A stretch of DNA of 63,975 bases, filler included, from Craspedostauros australis (GCA_030167865.1; 5 parts of 5 records of this genome joined end to end with filler, not necessarily neighbours in it); one strand, 5' to 3'; shown: positions 12,704-24,092, counted from the whole stretch's first letter. Made by a program: numbers and translations. Notes: generated by a model from the letters alone, not told the origin.

Positions 12704-14353
12704 ATGAATCATGCTGCGACGAAAGCCGACGCTCACGGCAGCATCGGGAGCGACAGTGGCAACAGCACCAACAACAAAATCAATCCCATTCGAACGAATA
12801 CAACGGTCGGTGGACATCGCCCAAGCAATGGAAACGAAGGCACGCCGCAGCGGACTCGGCCGACGACGAAGCTCCTCGTCCTCCTCGTGCTGTTCCAAAT
12901 ATCCATGTTTTTCATGTCATCCATTCTGTACTGGGGCCCCGACTCCATTCCTCCGGAAGATCCCATCGCGGAGATGGAGGCGGGGATGCCCATTGAGGTG
13001 CACGAAGTCTCGGCGATGAACACGATGGAACCGGCACCGGCCACTGCTGCTCCTACTCATCCACGAGCGACATCCGCACCAGCGAGCACGATGCCACGTC
13101 TCATCGTCCACGTCGGACCATCCAAGACGGCCTCCACGACTCTCCAACGTCGCATGCAGTATCTGCAAACCTTCCACGACCTTGCCAAAGATAATTACAC
13201 CTACGTTGGAAAAGGCCACGCGAGAGAATTGTACCAAGGCCTCGAGATGCGGAACGCCAACAATCTATTCGACGAAAGCTGCATGTCCCGTTCGGCCACC
13301 GTCCTGCAAGAGGAAGAGAATCGGATACTATCCACGAACTCAAGCAACACGGATGTTTCCGCTTTCTTGTATTCGCCGGCGCTCCCGCGATGCATGAAAA
13401 ACACGAGAATGGTGCTGCGCGCATTGAAAAACGACGGCTTGTCTCTGATTCTCAGCGACGAACGGTGGTCTCACAAGATGCTCTTGGAGGCAGGCGGGGT
13501 CTTTACTCATCCGCTCTATTTTCGGGTCTTCAAGCACGTGCTGCAAGATTGGAACGTGTCCTTTGTCGTGACTTACAGGCGTACCTTCGAATGGATGCTC
13601 AGCAGCATGAAGCAGTACAACGGGATGAAGACGCAGATGGGAGACGCCCTGTGCCGCCGATGGCCTTCTGATGGCGGGGAATCGTACGATGACACCTGGA
13701 AGATGATTCAGGAATGGGTCGAATCCAATACAACGGTTCCCAACGGCCAGCACGAGAAGGTGACGATTGCTGGCATCTTTATCTTCATGGATGGCGCCAT
13801 TCAGATGTGGAGGAATGCAGGCTTCCCCGTCCACGTCATGAATCTTTATTCCCAACGCGATCTGAGCGAGCAGCTGCTCTGTGACGCTATCCCAGATGCT
13901 CCCAAGGCCTGCAAAACTAAGCAAAACAAGGAGCGGGATCGTCACCAGAACGTTCGCGACATGGAATGGTACACCTTCAACGGAATTGTGTTCGAAGCTG
14001 CCAATCGCAGCATCATAAGTGCGGAGATGCAGGCCAACAAGATCCGCTCAGGGGTGGCCACCGATTTGGCAAAATACTTCGGAGAAACGCTCAACAAGAC
14101 CAGGGTTCATCTTCCGCTCAAATGCCCGACGAAAACTGAACTTCAAGACTTTCTCGACATGTCACTTGCCATCGAGAAGAAATGGATGCCAGAGTTGTAC
14201 GCCTCGCCTGATGGCGAAGCGGCGCATCGAGCATCGTTCCAACGCATCGCGTACGAAAAGCGCGAATTTTGCAGTGTTGACATGGATCGGTTGTTTGACG
14301 AAGTGAAGTCGTGGGATGAGCTGTTGGAGAAGCTGAAGCAAGAATGGGATTGA
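12704..14353 (+). CDS. Type II membrane sulfotransferase-like (P-loop fold) protein
   Basis: TM segment, Pro/Thr stem, then LIVHVGPSKTASTTLQ (5'-PAPS-binding-like), ILSDE and VVTYRRTFEWMLSS (3'-PB-like). Confidence 0.7.
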   Translation: MNHAATKADAHGSIGSDSGNSTNNKINPIRTNTTVGGHRPSNGNEGTPQRTRPTTKLLVLLVLFQISMFFMSSILYWGPDSIPPEDPIAEMEAGMPIEVHEVSAMNTMEPAPATAAPTHPRATSAPASTMPRLIVHVGPSKTASTTLQRRMQYLQTFHDLAKDNYTYVGKGHARELYQGLEMRNANNLFDESCMSRSATVLQEEENRILSTNSSNTDVSAFLYSPALPRCMKNTRMVLRALKNDGLSLILSDERWSHKMLLEAGGVFTHPLYFRVFKHVLQDWNVSFVVTYRRTFEWMLSSMKQYNGMKTQMGDALCRRWPSDGGESYDDTWKMIQEWVESNTTVPNGQHEKVTIAGIFIFMDGAIQMWRNAGFPVHVMNLYSQRDLSEQLLCDAIPDAPKACKTKQNKERDRHQNVRDMEWYTFNGIVFEAANRSIISAEMQANKIRSGVATDLAKYFGETLNKTRVHLPLKCPTKTELQDFLDMSLAIEKKWMPELYASPDGEAAHRASFQRIAYEKREFCSVDMDRLFDEVKSWDELLEKLKQEWD

Positions 14354-14608
14354 AGATTGTTCACTTCGGCTCACGAACCATCAAAGACGAGCAGTCAATA
14401 GGTCAGCCAGAGCCCCCGCCTCGCCCTCGCGCAACGAAGGCAGCATGCGTGAAATGCCCTGTCGTGTCGTGTGTCTGCTGATGCCTCCCGACGAAAAAGA
14501 AGAGACTGGCGCATAGAAACACAGACAGTCAAATACAGACTGGCAGACACAAGACGCAGACAGGCATGCATGCGATGATGCTGCACAAGCTGGTGCCATC
14601 TTTTCGGG

Positions 14609-14708
14609 NNNNNNNNNNNNNNNNNNNNNNNNNNNNNNNNNNNNNNNNNNNNTTAATTAATTAANNNNNNNNNNNNNNNNNNNNNNNNNNNNNNNNNNNN
14701 NNNNNNNN
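14609..14708. other. Artificial contig spacer N44-TTAATTAATTAA-N44 (also 23920-24019, 41181-41280, 62638-62737)
   Basis: The identical 12-mer, with stops in all six frames, sits in the centre of a 100-nt N block at four places. Confidence 0.97.
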
Positions 14709-15225
14709 CCGATTTCGCTCCGAAACCCGAAAGTGGGTTGTTTTTTTTTCTGACTCCTTCGAGTAACGCATTTATTTGGCGATTTCCAAAAAAAAAAGCC
14801 CACGATACAGCACGGCGTCATTGGTCATGTCTCAGGGGTTCCTTTCCGTGCGCCTGTCTTTCTTTCTCGACGTCATGGGATCTGAGGTAATAATCTTTTA
14901 CTTTTTGATTTTGATGTCATCCACCACGATCCTGACAACAACACCAAAATCCTGGCAACGGCGTAACACAACAAGGAGGGTGGGACACGAATCATGATTA
15001 TTGTTTGTTCAATTACCACAACTGCAGCGATTATTATCGATGTAAGACATGAGTCATGTCGTGAGTCGAGATGGCCAGCGAAAAAGGGTTTGAAAAAAAA
15101 ACGGCTTCTCGTAAAGCGTATTTGGGCTAGTCCTTTGAGTCGCNGCTTGCGTCCGGACGCAAATTGGCCCAATTTGCGTGGGGACGCAAACTGCACCTCC
15201 AATTTGCGTCCGGACGCAAGCTACG
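14709..15225 (+). mobile_element. Right part and right TIR of a non-autonomous TIR element (MITE-like)
   Basis: 14709-14866 matches 62478-62636 in the same orientation, with several substitutions. 15145-15227 is the approximate reverse complement of 62315-62397. Ends ...GCTACG|TA. Confidence 0.75.
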
Positions 15226-15592
15226 TAGGCCAGTACCAGACCAAAATCATTATGGATATCATATGTTCTCCAGGATAACAAGATCCGGGAATGCACAAAT
15301 ACGTGCTCTGGACACAGCCGAGATGCTTTGCCCCTCAATCTTTAGATTGGACGTGGCTTCTTTAGTCTTGATAAACTGCGATACTCTGCAACTCTGCAAC
15401 AAATACAAAAGTGAGACGATGGAAGAGGACGGCCCAGCACGGTACTGCGCAGGCAAAGCTGTCTCACATAATACGATCTCCTTAGCCAAGGACAACATCA
15501 TACTGATGGGTCGTACTCGCGTCAGTATTTCATGTAATTCCACCATCCTCGCAGTGTCTTCGTTGTTGTTTGTTTGAGTGAATTTAATTTAT

Positions 15593-16414
15593 TTAGAATC
15601 CAGCAGCGACATTCGGATCCTCCATTGGCGGAGCAGCGGCCTCGACCATAGGCTGCTCAGGTGGTGGTGCCATACCCATGTCCAATGGAGCGGCCATGGC
15701 AGCGGCAGCGGCCTGTTGCTGCTGTTCTTGGGCAGCAAGGTAGGCAACTGGGTCAATCTCCTCCTTTGGTTCCAGAATTGTGACAGCATCATCGAGTGTG
15801 ATCTTGGGTCCCATCTGTCCCTTGGGATCGTGCGGAAGCATGATGGCGACCTTGATTCCAACAACACCCTGTCTCATGAGAACGTGACGCACGGCGGTGT
15901 CTGTGTAGACCTGTCCGGCGTGACCGGTCTTGATCATGTACCCGTCTCCGAACTTCATGGCCTTGGCACGCTGTCCGCGGAGCTTTCCAGTGACGATGAC
16001 CTCGCAACCCTTGGCGGAGGCCTCCATGACGAATCGCACAACACCGTAGCACGCACGGCGCACGGCGAGGCCTCCCAGAAGCTTGAACTTGAGGGACTCG
16101 GCCTGCGCCTGGGCGCACAGTCCACGGTTCTGGACGCGCTCGGCGTAAAGCTCGACGGCGCCGTCGGCGAATTCGAAGCGCTTCTGCACGACGGAGGTGA
16201 GCTCGCGGATGCGGCGTCCGTTCTCGCCCAGCACGTTCTGGGTGCGTGTGGCGCGGATGATGATCTCTGTGCGGTGCGGCGTGGTGCGGACCTCGACTCC
16301 GGCGTAACCGTCCTCGGCGAGCTCGCTGATCAGGAGCTCATTGAGCTCAGCGTAGAAGACACCATCAGCGACAAACTTGCGCTTGGTTGACATGCGACGT
16401 CCGTTGGTGGCCAT
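15593..16414 (-). CDS. RPS3: 40S ribosomal protein S3 (uS3), intronless
   Basis: Clear conserved sequence: [55 protein letters not shown]. Confidence 0.99.
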   Translation of the reverse strand: MATNGRRMSTKRKFVADGVFYAELNELLISELAEDGYAGVEVRTTPHRTEIIIRATRTQNVLGENGRRIRELTSVVQKRFEFADGAVELYAERVQNRGLCAQAQAESLKFKLLGGLAVRRACYGVVRFVMEASAKGCEVIVTGKLRGQRAKAMKFGDGYMIKTGHAGQVYTDTAVRHVLMRQGVVGIKVAIMLPHDPKGQMGPKITLDDAVTILEPKEEIDPVAYLAAQEQQQQAAAAAMAAPLDMGMAPPPEQPMVEAAAPPMEDPNVAAGF

Positions 16415-17421
16415 GGTTGCGGTCTTCGATTCGGTTGGGGTAGGTGGGGTGGTGGTGGTGGCGGTGTTGTTGTCGGCGGTTGGTGTCGCTGGGTGCTCAC
16501 TTGGTGATGATGGTGGTCGTTGCTGCTACCACCGTTCCTGAGTTGGGCTGATCCACGAGGTTGGGGCTGTCGTGGTTGTCGTTGTCCACACCGATTTCCG
16601 CACATTGTTGGTTTCGACCGCGCGAAATTCTTCCGTAGCGATGGTACTGAAACGTCGTAGAATCATTTTAGTAAAGGAAACGCAGCGTGCATCGCTTGGG
16701 TCGGTCCAGTCGATTAATTCACTAGAAAACAAGATTGGTATCTTGGTTGGTCTGCGGAGTCGACTTCGCAACTCGCAGACGAATCGTTTTGTCACAAGAT
16801 TTTGGCGGATACGTGTTGTCCCGCCAAGACTGAGCGCTGGCCGAGCCTCGAAAAATGTGAGCGTTGGATGTTCTGCTCGTTGTCACCAGATTCGTCCAAA
16901 ATCTCATCTTGTGACGACAGGCGACACGACAAGACCATACACATGCAGACAAGCAGGGCATGGCACGGCCATGGTAATACGGGTTGCTGCCCATGCGATT
17001 GATGATGGAGCGGAGTAGTTGGCGATGCGAATACTGACGGTCGTGTAAGTGATCGTGGCTGTGGTCGTGGCTGTGTCGTGCTTGGTGGATCGCCATCGTG
17101 GATGTTGCGATCGGTTTGTTCCCGTTGTGTGGCCAGGCATTGATGAAAGCGGGAACGGCCTTGTTGGTGCAAGACGACATGCTGCCAAGGAGATTGGCAG
17201 GAACATGGAGTAGGTGGCACCACTGAGGCTCAGCATTCTATTCGCAACAGTTGCAGTGACAAGGATCGGCACGGCGCAAGAACTTGGCCGACACAATTCC
17301 ACACATCTACCAAAGCCACTCCTCGTCTACATACACTTCCACCTTGTACCAATACACAGCAACCACAACAGCAACAACGACAATCACGCAAGCAATCGAT
17401 TGCGACGCACCAACAGCCACG

Positions 17422-19263
17422 ATGATGTCGTCAATGGAGGATGCGCTGAACATGGCGCTGAACGAGAATACGGAGCTCAAGGAGAAGCTGCGAAAGCTTG
17501 AGAATCAGCAGCAGCGGATCGTCGACGAGAAGAACGTCAGCATTGCCAAGGTCTCCGAGCTGCAGGAAATCGTCGACGCCAAATGCCAGACGGACATTGA
17601 GAAATCGCTCCTCGAAAAGTCCCTGCGCAACGCCGAGCTCGCCTTCCAGGTCGAGAAGCTGCACGTCAAATTGCAAGAAGAGCGCACGAACATCCTCAAG
17701 ATGGCGCAGGAACGCGAGAGCAAGAAGCGCATGCTGCTCGAGCTGTCCGATATCGTGCGCACGTTGCAGTCGGTTGCCATCAGCTACAGCATGGATGAGA
17801 AGGAGGTCGCCAGCACGCGACCCGAGGATATGGCGTTGAGCAACATCAAGCGAAAGATCGCCGCCATCATGCAGGACCGGGCCAAGCTCATCGATCAGTG
17901 CTCCGCGCTGCGAGCGGAAAACGAATCCAAGGACATGAAGGTCGCCGCTCTCGAGGCCCACTTCCATGTCATCAACGCCGTCAACACCGACGCCATCAGC
18001 ACGACCAGTGGACTCACGGAGAGGCAGTCGGCTGCCGCGAGCATGAGCGACCATTCCACCGTCCCGACCACCCTCTCGTTCGAAGAGTCCGAGGCATCGA
18101 GCCCGTCCGTTGCGCGTTCGTCCGACCAGTCGCGCCAAGAAGTCGCGAGGCTGAAGAACCAGCTCATCGACGCGGAGCAAAGGTACGTGAACCTCAAGCT
18201 GGAAAGCAAGAAGGTGGTGGAGATCATGTCCAACATCGACAAGAGGATGAAGACGTCGATTCTCGAGGCAAGCGAAGCTTGCAAGAAGAGGGACCAGTAC
18301 CGCGACAGCCTCCAGGACGTCATCAACCAGTACAAGGACCTCCAGGCGCAGCATGAGGAGTGCCACACCGAGCTGGAATCGATGACCATGGAACTGAACA
18401 TCTTCCGGCTGGAGAAGGACCTCCTGCAGAAGGAGAAGGAGCGGCTTGGTCTTGAAGCCCAGCACTGGAAGCCAGCGTACATCTACGATCTGCGCGGAGA
18501 TGACGACGCGCTGTGCGAAGAATACGAGGAGGCCGTCAATCACATCCGCGTCCTCGAGCGCCGCGTGACTCTGCTCGTGCAGGAAGCCGGCGTTCTGAAG
18601 AAACAAAAGGTCAACCAGGCCAACGCACTGCGCGATGCCATCTTCAATCACCGCAGGTTGGAGCGTGACTTCGGTGACCTTACGCACGAGATGGTCGAAG
18701 TCAAGGACAAGATGGAGCTCATCAGGAAGGAGGAGCACAAGCACAGGGAGCAGGCAAAGCACGCAAGACGCCGACTGACGACGACGACGCAGCAGGTGAA
18801 GAAACTGCAGGAGGAGCTCGAGGTCACGCTGGGATCCCTGCTGGAAGCCAAGGCCGCAAACCAGAAGGCCGCGAACAGATCCGGATGGTCGGAAGATGCT
18901 CTCTACCAGATGATGCTGGTCGAACTCCGCGCCACATCCATCGCCCGCATCAAACGACAGGATCTGTACGAAGAGAAGCAGCAATTGCTGCAGGAACACA
19001 AAGCGATGAAGGCATGCTCCGAGGACATCCTCACGGAGCTGAGCGCCATCAAGAAGACGGAGGACCCCAACGCGCAGGTCGATGCCATGCGCAAGAAGCT
19101 TGTCGCCAAGGAGAGCGACATGAGGGACGTGATCGGACGCTACAGACGTCTGGAGAAAAAGTACAGCACCCTGGTCGCCAGGGTCAAGTCCGCGAGCAAG
19201 GGTTTCGGTTCTAAGCAGACCACCGCCCACTCAGCTTCATCCATCGCTGTGGCCGTGGCGTAA
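17422..19263 (+). CDS. Long coiled-coil protein (paralogue A)
   Basis: 613-aa E/K/L/Q-rich heptad pattern with strong GC3 codon bias; first ATG follows a CA-rich leader. Confidence 0.88.
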   Translation: MMSSMEDALNMALNENTELKEKLRKLENQQQRIVDEKNVSIAKVSELQEIVDAKCQTDIEKSLLEKSLRNAELAFQVEKLHVKLQEERTNILKMAQERESKKRMLLELSDIVRTLQSVAISYSMDEKEVASTRPEDMALSNIKRKIAAIMQDRAKLIDQCSALRAENESKDMKVAALEAHFHVINAVNTDAISTTSGLTERQSAAASMSDHSTVPTTLSFEESEASSPSVARSSDQSRQEVARLKNQLIDAEQRYVNLKLESKKVVEIMSNIDKRMKTSILEASEACKKRDQYRDSLQDVINQYKDLQAQHEECHTELESMTMELNIFRLEKDLLQKEKERLGLEAQHWKPAYIYDLRGDDDALCEEYEEAVNHIRVLERRVTLLVQEAGVLKKQKVNQANALRDAIFNHRRLERDFGDLTHEMVEVKDKMELIRKEEHKHREQAKHARRRLTTTTQQVKKLQEELEVTLGSLLEAKAANQKAANRSGWSEDALYQMMLVELRATSIARIKRQDLYEEKQQLLQEHKAMKACSEDILTELSAIKKTEDPNAQVDAMRKKLVAKESDMRDVIGRYRRLEKKYSTLVARVKSASKGFGSKQTTAHSASSIAVAVA

Positions 19264-20156
19264 CTGCAAGCCGCAAACAAGGGGGTACGCCACGAGCGTG
19301 GTGGCACGAAGCACCCCATGGGGGTATGCTATACATGCTCTGCTGGAATGGAAGTTTTTACAATACAATGCAACACGAGCCGGACGTATTATATGTATGT
19401 AACTGTATGAGTAAGCGTAAGAATAGTCGACACACAGAGCCTGATTAGAAGTACAATACATTCTCAACTACTTTTCCGCAACAGCAGCATTAGGAACAGA
19501 TGTGTTTGGCTCTACATGCTCTGCTCTCAATGCTTGTGATGTAACATAGTCGCGTGATGTGTTGTGATTGCTGAAGGAGATCTGAGCTTCTGGTGGCGCA
19601 CGCAGTGGAATCCATTCCTCTTTTTTCGTTTGATCACCAATCACGGATCCATTCGTGATTTGCGCAAGATACCCCATCCACGACTGAGCACGATTGCCCA
19701 ACGGCCACAACTCACAAAATTTCCGCTCAATCATCCATCGCGCACCTTTCTCCTTCGCACTCCACTTCTTGTCACGTTCCGTTGTCGTTACATTGTCACG
19801 CTGCGCCATGCATGACGAAGAGACGCATCAACACAACACCGCAATCACTGAATGTGGTCCTGCGTGGGGTATTGGTGGAGTGCGAGCGTTTGTGCGCACA
19901 TGTACATGCAGCGACAGAGACAAGGAGAGGCTTGGATGGATACTGGTACAAGCATGTTCATTGCCGCAAAGTGATAGCAGCAGCGGTCCCACCATTGGCA
20001 ACATCACCATCATCACACATCATCATCATCATCATTATATTAATCGTAACTAACTCAAACACTCAACGACAACAACAACAACACTAGCAACAGAAACATC
20101 GGGACCTGACAGAGCCAACGTGAGATTGACGCGGAGGATCAACGAAGGAGATCAAC

Positions 20157-23100
20157 ATGGCGGGCTCATCATCCAAGTCAAGCGGCAGCAAGAGCGACCA
20201 GGATGTCGCGTCGGACAAGTCCACCCCCAGCGAGCCGAAGACGTTGAGAGGCTTGTTCAAGAAGCGCCAACCAACGCCGCCGCCAGAGAATGAGGTGAAG
20301 AAACTGCGCGAGCAGCTCCGAGACGCCCTCACGAAGATGGAGGCGATGAAGCAGCAGAAGGAATCCGCCAAACGCCAGGCCCTCGAGATGAGCCACGTCT
20401 TCCGTGCCTTGCAGAGCATCACCATCGAGTACGACCGCATCGCTCTCGAGGATGATGACAGCGATAGCGACGATAGTTCCGACGTCAATGAAGACTCGGC
20501 GACGGCCATCATGAGACCGCAGCGCATGGCCATGAAGAACATCGGCGCCAAGGTGCTGGCGATTCGCGCCCATCAGCAACGGCTGGTGCATGAAAACAAG
20601 AATCTGCTGGAAGAGAAGGATGCGCATGCGATGACCATCGAAACGCAGGCTGCCATGATCAAGTCCCTCGAAGCGCGCTTGAAGAGCTCGCACCGATTGG
20701 TCATGGCAACGGCCCAATCGAACCAGAACATTGTGCCCAAGGTCATGCCCACCGACAACGATAGTGACAACACCAACACCAACGGTGACACCGACAGTTC
20801 TGCCGTGGATGACAGCAAGAACGCATCGCCAACAACGATTTCAGCACCGCAAGTATCGCAGGAACGTGATGGAACAGCCCCGACATCGACGCTGGAAGTC
20901 AAGTTCCAAATGCTCGGAGCATCTCAGGAATTCCACAATCGCCAAATGGAGCTGATCCGAGTGACCAAGGACTTGAAGGATGATCTCCTGGCCAAGGACA
21001 ACCAAATCGCCTTCCTGGAATCACAGCTCGAGGACTACCGAGCCTCGGAGGCGAAGCATGCTGCAAACAAGAACAAGAACCTGGCGACGCCCCTGCCTGC
21101 CATCGATGAAGAGGACACCGAGAGCTTCAACGAGGCATGGGGCGACTCCGACTTCGAGGACGACCTGCCATTGCCCAACAGCCAAAGCGTAAGCCCAGTC
21201 CACCTCAACGCCTCCGAAGACGGCAGCGTCGAGATTTCTCTGATGGGAGGCGAGAGCGTGGGAAATGCGGACATGTCGTGCTTTACCGATGACAGCACAA
21301 TCAATTCGCGACGTGAACGCACCGAACCCAGCATGTACAGAACCCGATACCACTTCGACTTCGGTAACAAGGGCGAGGATGAACAAGAGCAGAAGAAGAA
21401 GAGAAGCATGAAGAGCATCTTCGCCTTCGGTTCCAAGACGAGCGCATTGAAGAAGCGATGCGAGCATCTCACGTTGGAGAGAGACATCCTGCTTGAAGAT
21501 CTGGAGAAGCTGGATGGCATGATCCGTGACCTTGAGGCTGAACGTGAGGCGCTCAAGAAGGACAACAAGCTCACCACGAAGGATCTGGATCGAACTCGCG
21601 ATCATTACGAGAAGCTGGTCGCGTGTCACAACGATGAGAAGATCAAGGTCAAGAAGCTGGAGAAGGAATGCGATTCCACTGGCCGTGCCCTTGCAGACGT
21701 CACGACGGAGTGCGAGGACATCCGCTTCAACCGCGATACGATCCTCAAGGAACTCACGGAGCTGCAAGGCAAGCACGAGGACCTCGAGCTTGCCAACCAA
21801 ACAGAGAAGCAGATGACGGAGGAGAAGCTCGCCAAGTTCGAGGAGGAGCTCAGCAAGGTCAACCAGAAGGCCTTCATCGCGAAGGCCAAGCAAGAGCAAC
21901 GGTCTCTCAATCTACGCGATGTGATCTACCACTACAAGCAGCTCCAGCGCAAGCACAAGCACATTCTCCAGAAGATGGAAGAGCTCGAGGCCGAGCACTG
22001 CATTGCGTTGGAGAAGCTGGACACGGCCGAGGAAGCTCTCGCTGCAGCTGCCAAGGCTGCTGCCGACAACGCCGATACAGCACAGGAAGATGGCAATGGC
22101 GAGAACAATGACGAGCAAGAAACTGACGAGAATGGCGGCGACAAGGAAGAGCGCACAGCAGCCAAGGCCAGCAACAGCAACAAACCTAAGAATCAGTTCT
22201 TGCAGCAACTCCAGGACGATCTGAGCACAACCCGAGCCCAGAAGGAGAAATTGGAAAAATCGTTGAAGGCACGCGAGTACGAGATCAGGTCGTTCGCAAA
22301 GGCAAAGAGGGATTCCGAACGCCAGCTGCGATCGGAACTGGAGAACATCACCCGCCAGATGGAGAAAGAGTTGGAGGTAGCCCAAACAGGTGCCCGCAAG
22401 GCTGAGGAAGCACGCATCTCGAAGGAAGAGGATTTGGTGATCGTCTTCAAGCACATGGAGCAGATGAGCCATGAATTTGAAGCGACCAAGACCAGACTGC
22501 AGGCCTTGGAATCGCCATCGGGCACAACCACCGAAGGAGCATCGGCATCGACTGCCATCGACATTGCGGACACGGCGGAATCGACCGTGGACCTCACGGC
22601 TTGCACATCGGATGATGATGGCGACGATCCTGCCATCACCAACAAGGAAACCCGTGTCGTGCAGGCTCTGCGCGAGGCCGTCACCGCGAAGGAACGATAC
22701 AACCGTCTCAATGCGGAATACGAAAAGTCATTGGCCAAGTTGGATGCCGCCGAACGTCGCGTCGTGGCAGCGCAACGGGAAGCCCAGGAGGCCAAGAAGA
22801 ATGAAGACTCCCGCACGGGGCACATGCGCGATGCCGTGCATCGGTACAAGACGTTGGAGACGAAGCACTCGTTGACGTTGGCGCAGATGGCCAGCCTGGA
22901 AGAGGAGACGGAGTTTGCGAAGCGCGAGGTGCGGTTGGCGGAATGCAAGGTAAAGAACACGCGGCAGCGATTGGCATTGATGAATGCGAATTACAACAGC
23001 TTGTTGAAGGATCACGATGCATCCAAGGAGCGCGTGAAGAGCTTGGAGGATGAGCTGACCGTCGTGATGGAGCTGGTTGATGAGTACGAGAGTGCGGAGT

Positions 23101-23222
23101 CCAGCAACAGCCCTGACGGTATGCCGCGCAAGGTGTTGATGGAAGACAAGGAGAAGCTGGCGAAGGAGAATGTTGAGATGAAGGCCTTCTGCGAGGAGAT
23201 GCTGCAGCTGATTGAGGATTAA
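20157..23222 (+). CDS. Long coiled-coil protein (paralogue B)
   Basis: 1021-aa ORF of coiled coils with acidic disordered linkers; shares motifs with the upstream gene. Confidence 0.9.
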   Translation: MAGSSSKSSGSKSDQDVASDKSTPSEPKTLRGLFKKRQPTPPPENEVKKLREQLRDALTKMEAMKQQKESAKRQALEMSHVFRALQSITIEYDRIALEDDDSDSDDSSDVNEDSATAIMRPQRMAMKNIGAKVLAIRAHQQRLVHENKNLLEEKDAHAMTIETQAAMIKSLEARLKSSHRLVMATAQSNQNIVPKVMPTDNDSDNTNTNGDTDSSAVDDSKNASPTTISAPQVSQERDGTAPTSTLEVKFQMLGASQEFHNRQMELIRVTKDLKDDLLAKDNQIAFLESQLEDYRASEAKHAANKNKNLATPLPAIDEEDTESFNEAWGDSDFEDDLPLPNSQSVSPVHLNASEDGSVEISLMGGESVGNADMSCFTDDSTINSRRERTEPSMYRTRYHFDFGNKGEDEQEQKKKRSMKSIFAFGSKTSALKKRCEHLTLERDILLEDLEKLDGMIRDLEAEREALKKDNKLTTKDLDRTRDHYEKLVACHNDEKIKVKKLEKECDSTGRALADVTTECEDIRFNRDTILKELTELQGKHEDLELANQTEKQMTEEKLAKFEEELSKVNQKAFIAKAKQEQRSLNLRDVIYHYKQLQRKHKHILQKMEELEAEHCIALEKLDTAEEALAAAAKAAADNADTAQEDGNGENNDEQETDENGGDKEERTAAKASNSNKPKNQFLQQLQDDLSTTRAQKEKLEKSLKAREYEIRSFAKAKRDSERQLRSELENITRQMEKELEVAQTGARKAEEARISKEEDLVIVFKHMEQMSHEFEATKTRLQALESPSGTTTEGASASTAIDIADTAESTVDLTACTSDDDGDDPAITNKETRVVQALREAVTAKERYNRLNAEYEKSLAKLDAAERRVVAAQREAQEAKKNEDSRTGHMRDAVHRYKTLETKHSLTLAQMASLEEETEFAKREVRLAECKVKNTRQRLALMNANYNSLLKDHDASKERVKSLEDELTVVMELVDEYESAESSNSPDGMPRKVLMEDKEKLAKENVEMKAFCEEMLQLIED

Positions 23223-24092
23223 TGAACGGAAGGCAGGGCAGGGCAGGGCAGGGCAGGGCAAGGCTAGAGAGAGGAACGCGAAGGAGGTGATGGCAGCTGA
23301 GGAATATGTGTCAATTGAGGTGCAGAAGAAAGCATGTATAGTAGATTGCAAAGTACAAGTGTCAGTGATAGCAACGACCTTCACGATGATTTGCAGCACG
23401 ACTGCTCCTCTACTACTCGTAGCTCGCAACTCACGCATATGACGAACACATCAGATGCCGAAGGAACTCCTCCTGATGAATGACGCTCAAATGCGATGAC
23501 AAGAGATTCGTTGGCTCCGGCGCTGGCGATAGCGCACGGACCGCTGCGTGGCATATCCACTACAGACAAGCACGGGACCATACATGAAGAGATGCATGAG
23601 CATCAGATGCGGGGTCGACAGGGAGGAGCCCGAGTGGTGACTTGCCGACCGGTTAGCGCATATACATATTGAATCGATAACGCCGTGCTGCCTCGTGCCC
23701 TACACGAGATTAAAGCGGGCGGCATTAAAGCGCCTACGGCGCAGACTGCGGAGAAAGCAGACTAATCCATGAGTTATATATATATATGCGATGACAAGAG
23801 ATGACGGTTTCGCATGCTGCACTGATATGAGTACGAGCGAGAATAGAGGGCAAAATGAAGTCCGGTTGTGTCCGGCTTTGCCTTCCAGTGTCGGACTTTG
23901 GCAGGTCAAAAGGGGAAGTNNNNNNNNNNNNNNNNNNNNNNNNNNNNNNNNNNNNNNNNNNNNTTAATTAATTAANNNNNNNNNNNNNNNNNNNNNNNNN
24001 NNNNNNNNNNNNNNNNNNNGATCAAATCAAAGAGCGTAAAAGAAGAAGCAGAAGAGGCCAGCAAGTGGCACGAGAGACAGGTAGATCGGACG

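Noticed and set aside
14653..14664. TTAATTAATTAA recurring four times
   Set aside because: Always centred in identical N blocks; it is an artificial contig linker, so adjacency across it carries no biological meaning.
15145..15225. Regularly spaced palindromes resembling a mini CRISPR array (also 62320-62397)
   Set aside because: Spacers are only about 10 bp and are shared between the two sites, there are no cas genes, and the context is eukaryotic; better explained as TIR subrepeats.
17431..19230. 599-aa antisense ORF (similarly 15578-16390, 37235-38488, 51489-52577, 60527-61588)
   Set aside because: Shadow frames opposite real genes, arising from biased codon use; no recognisable motifs.
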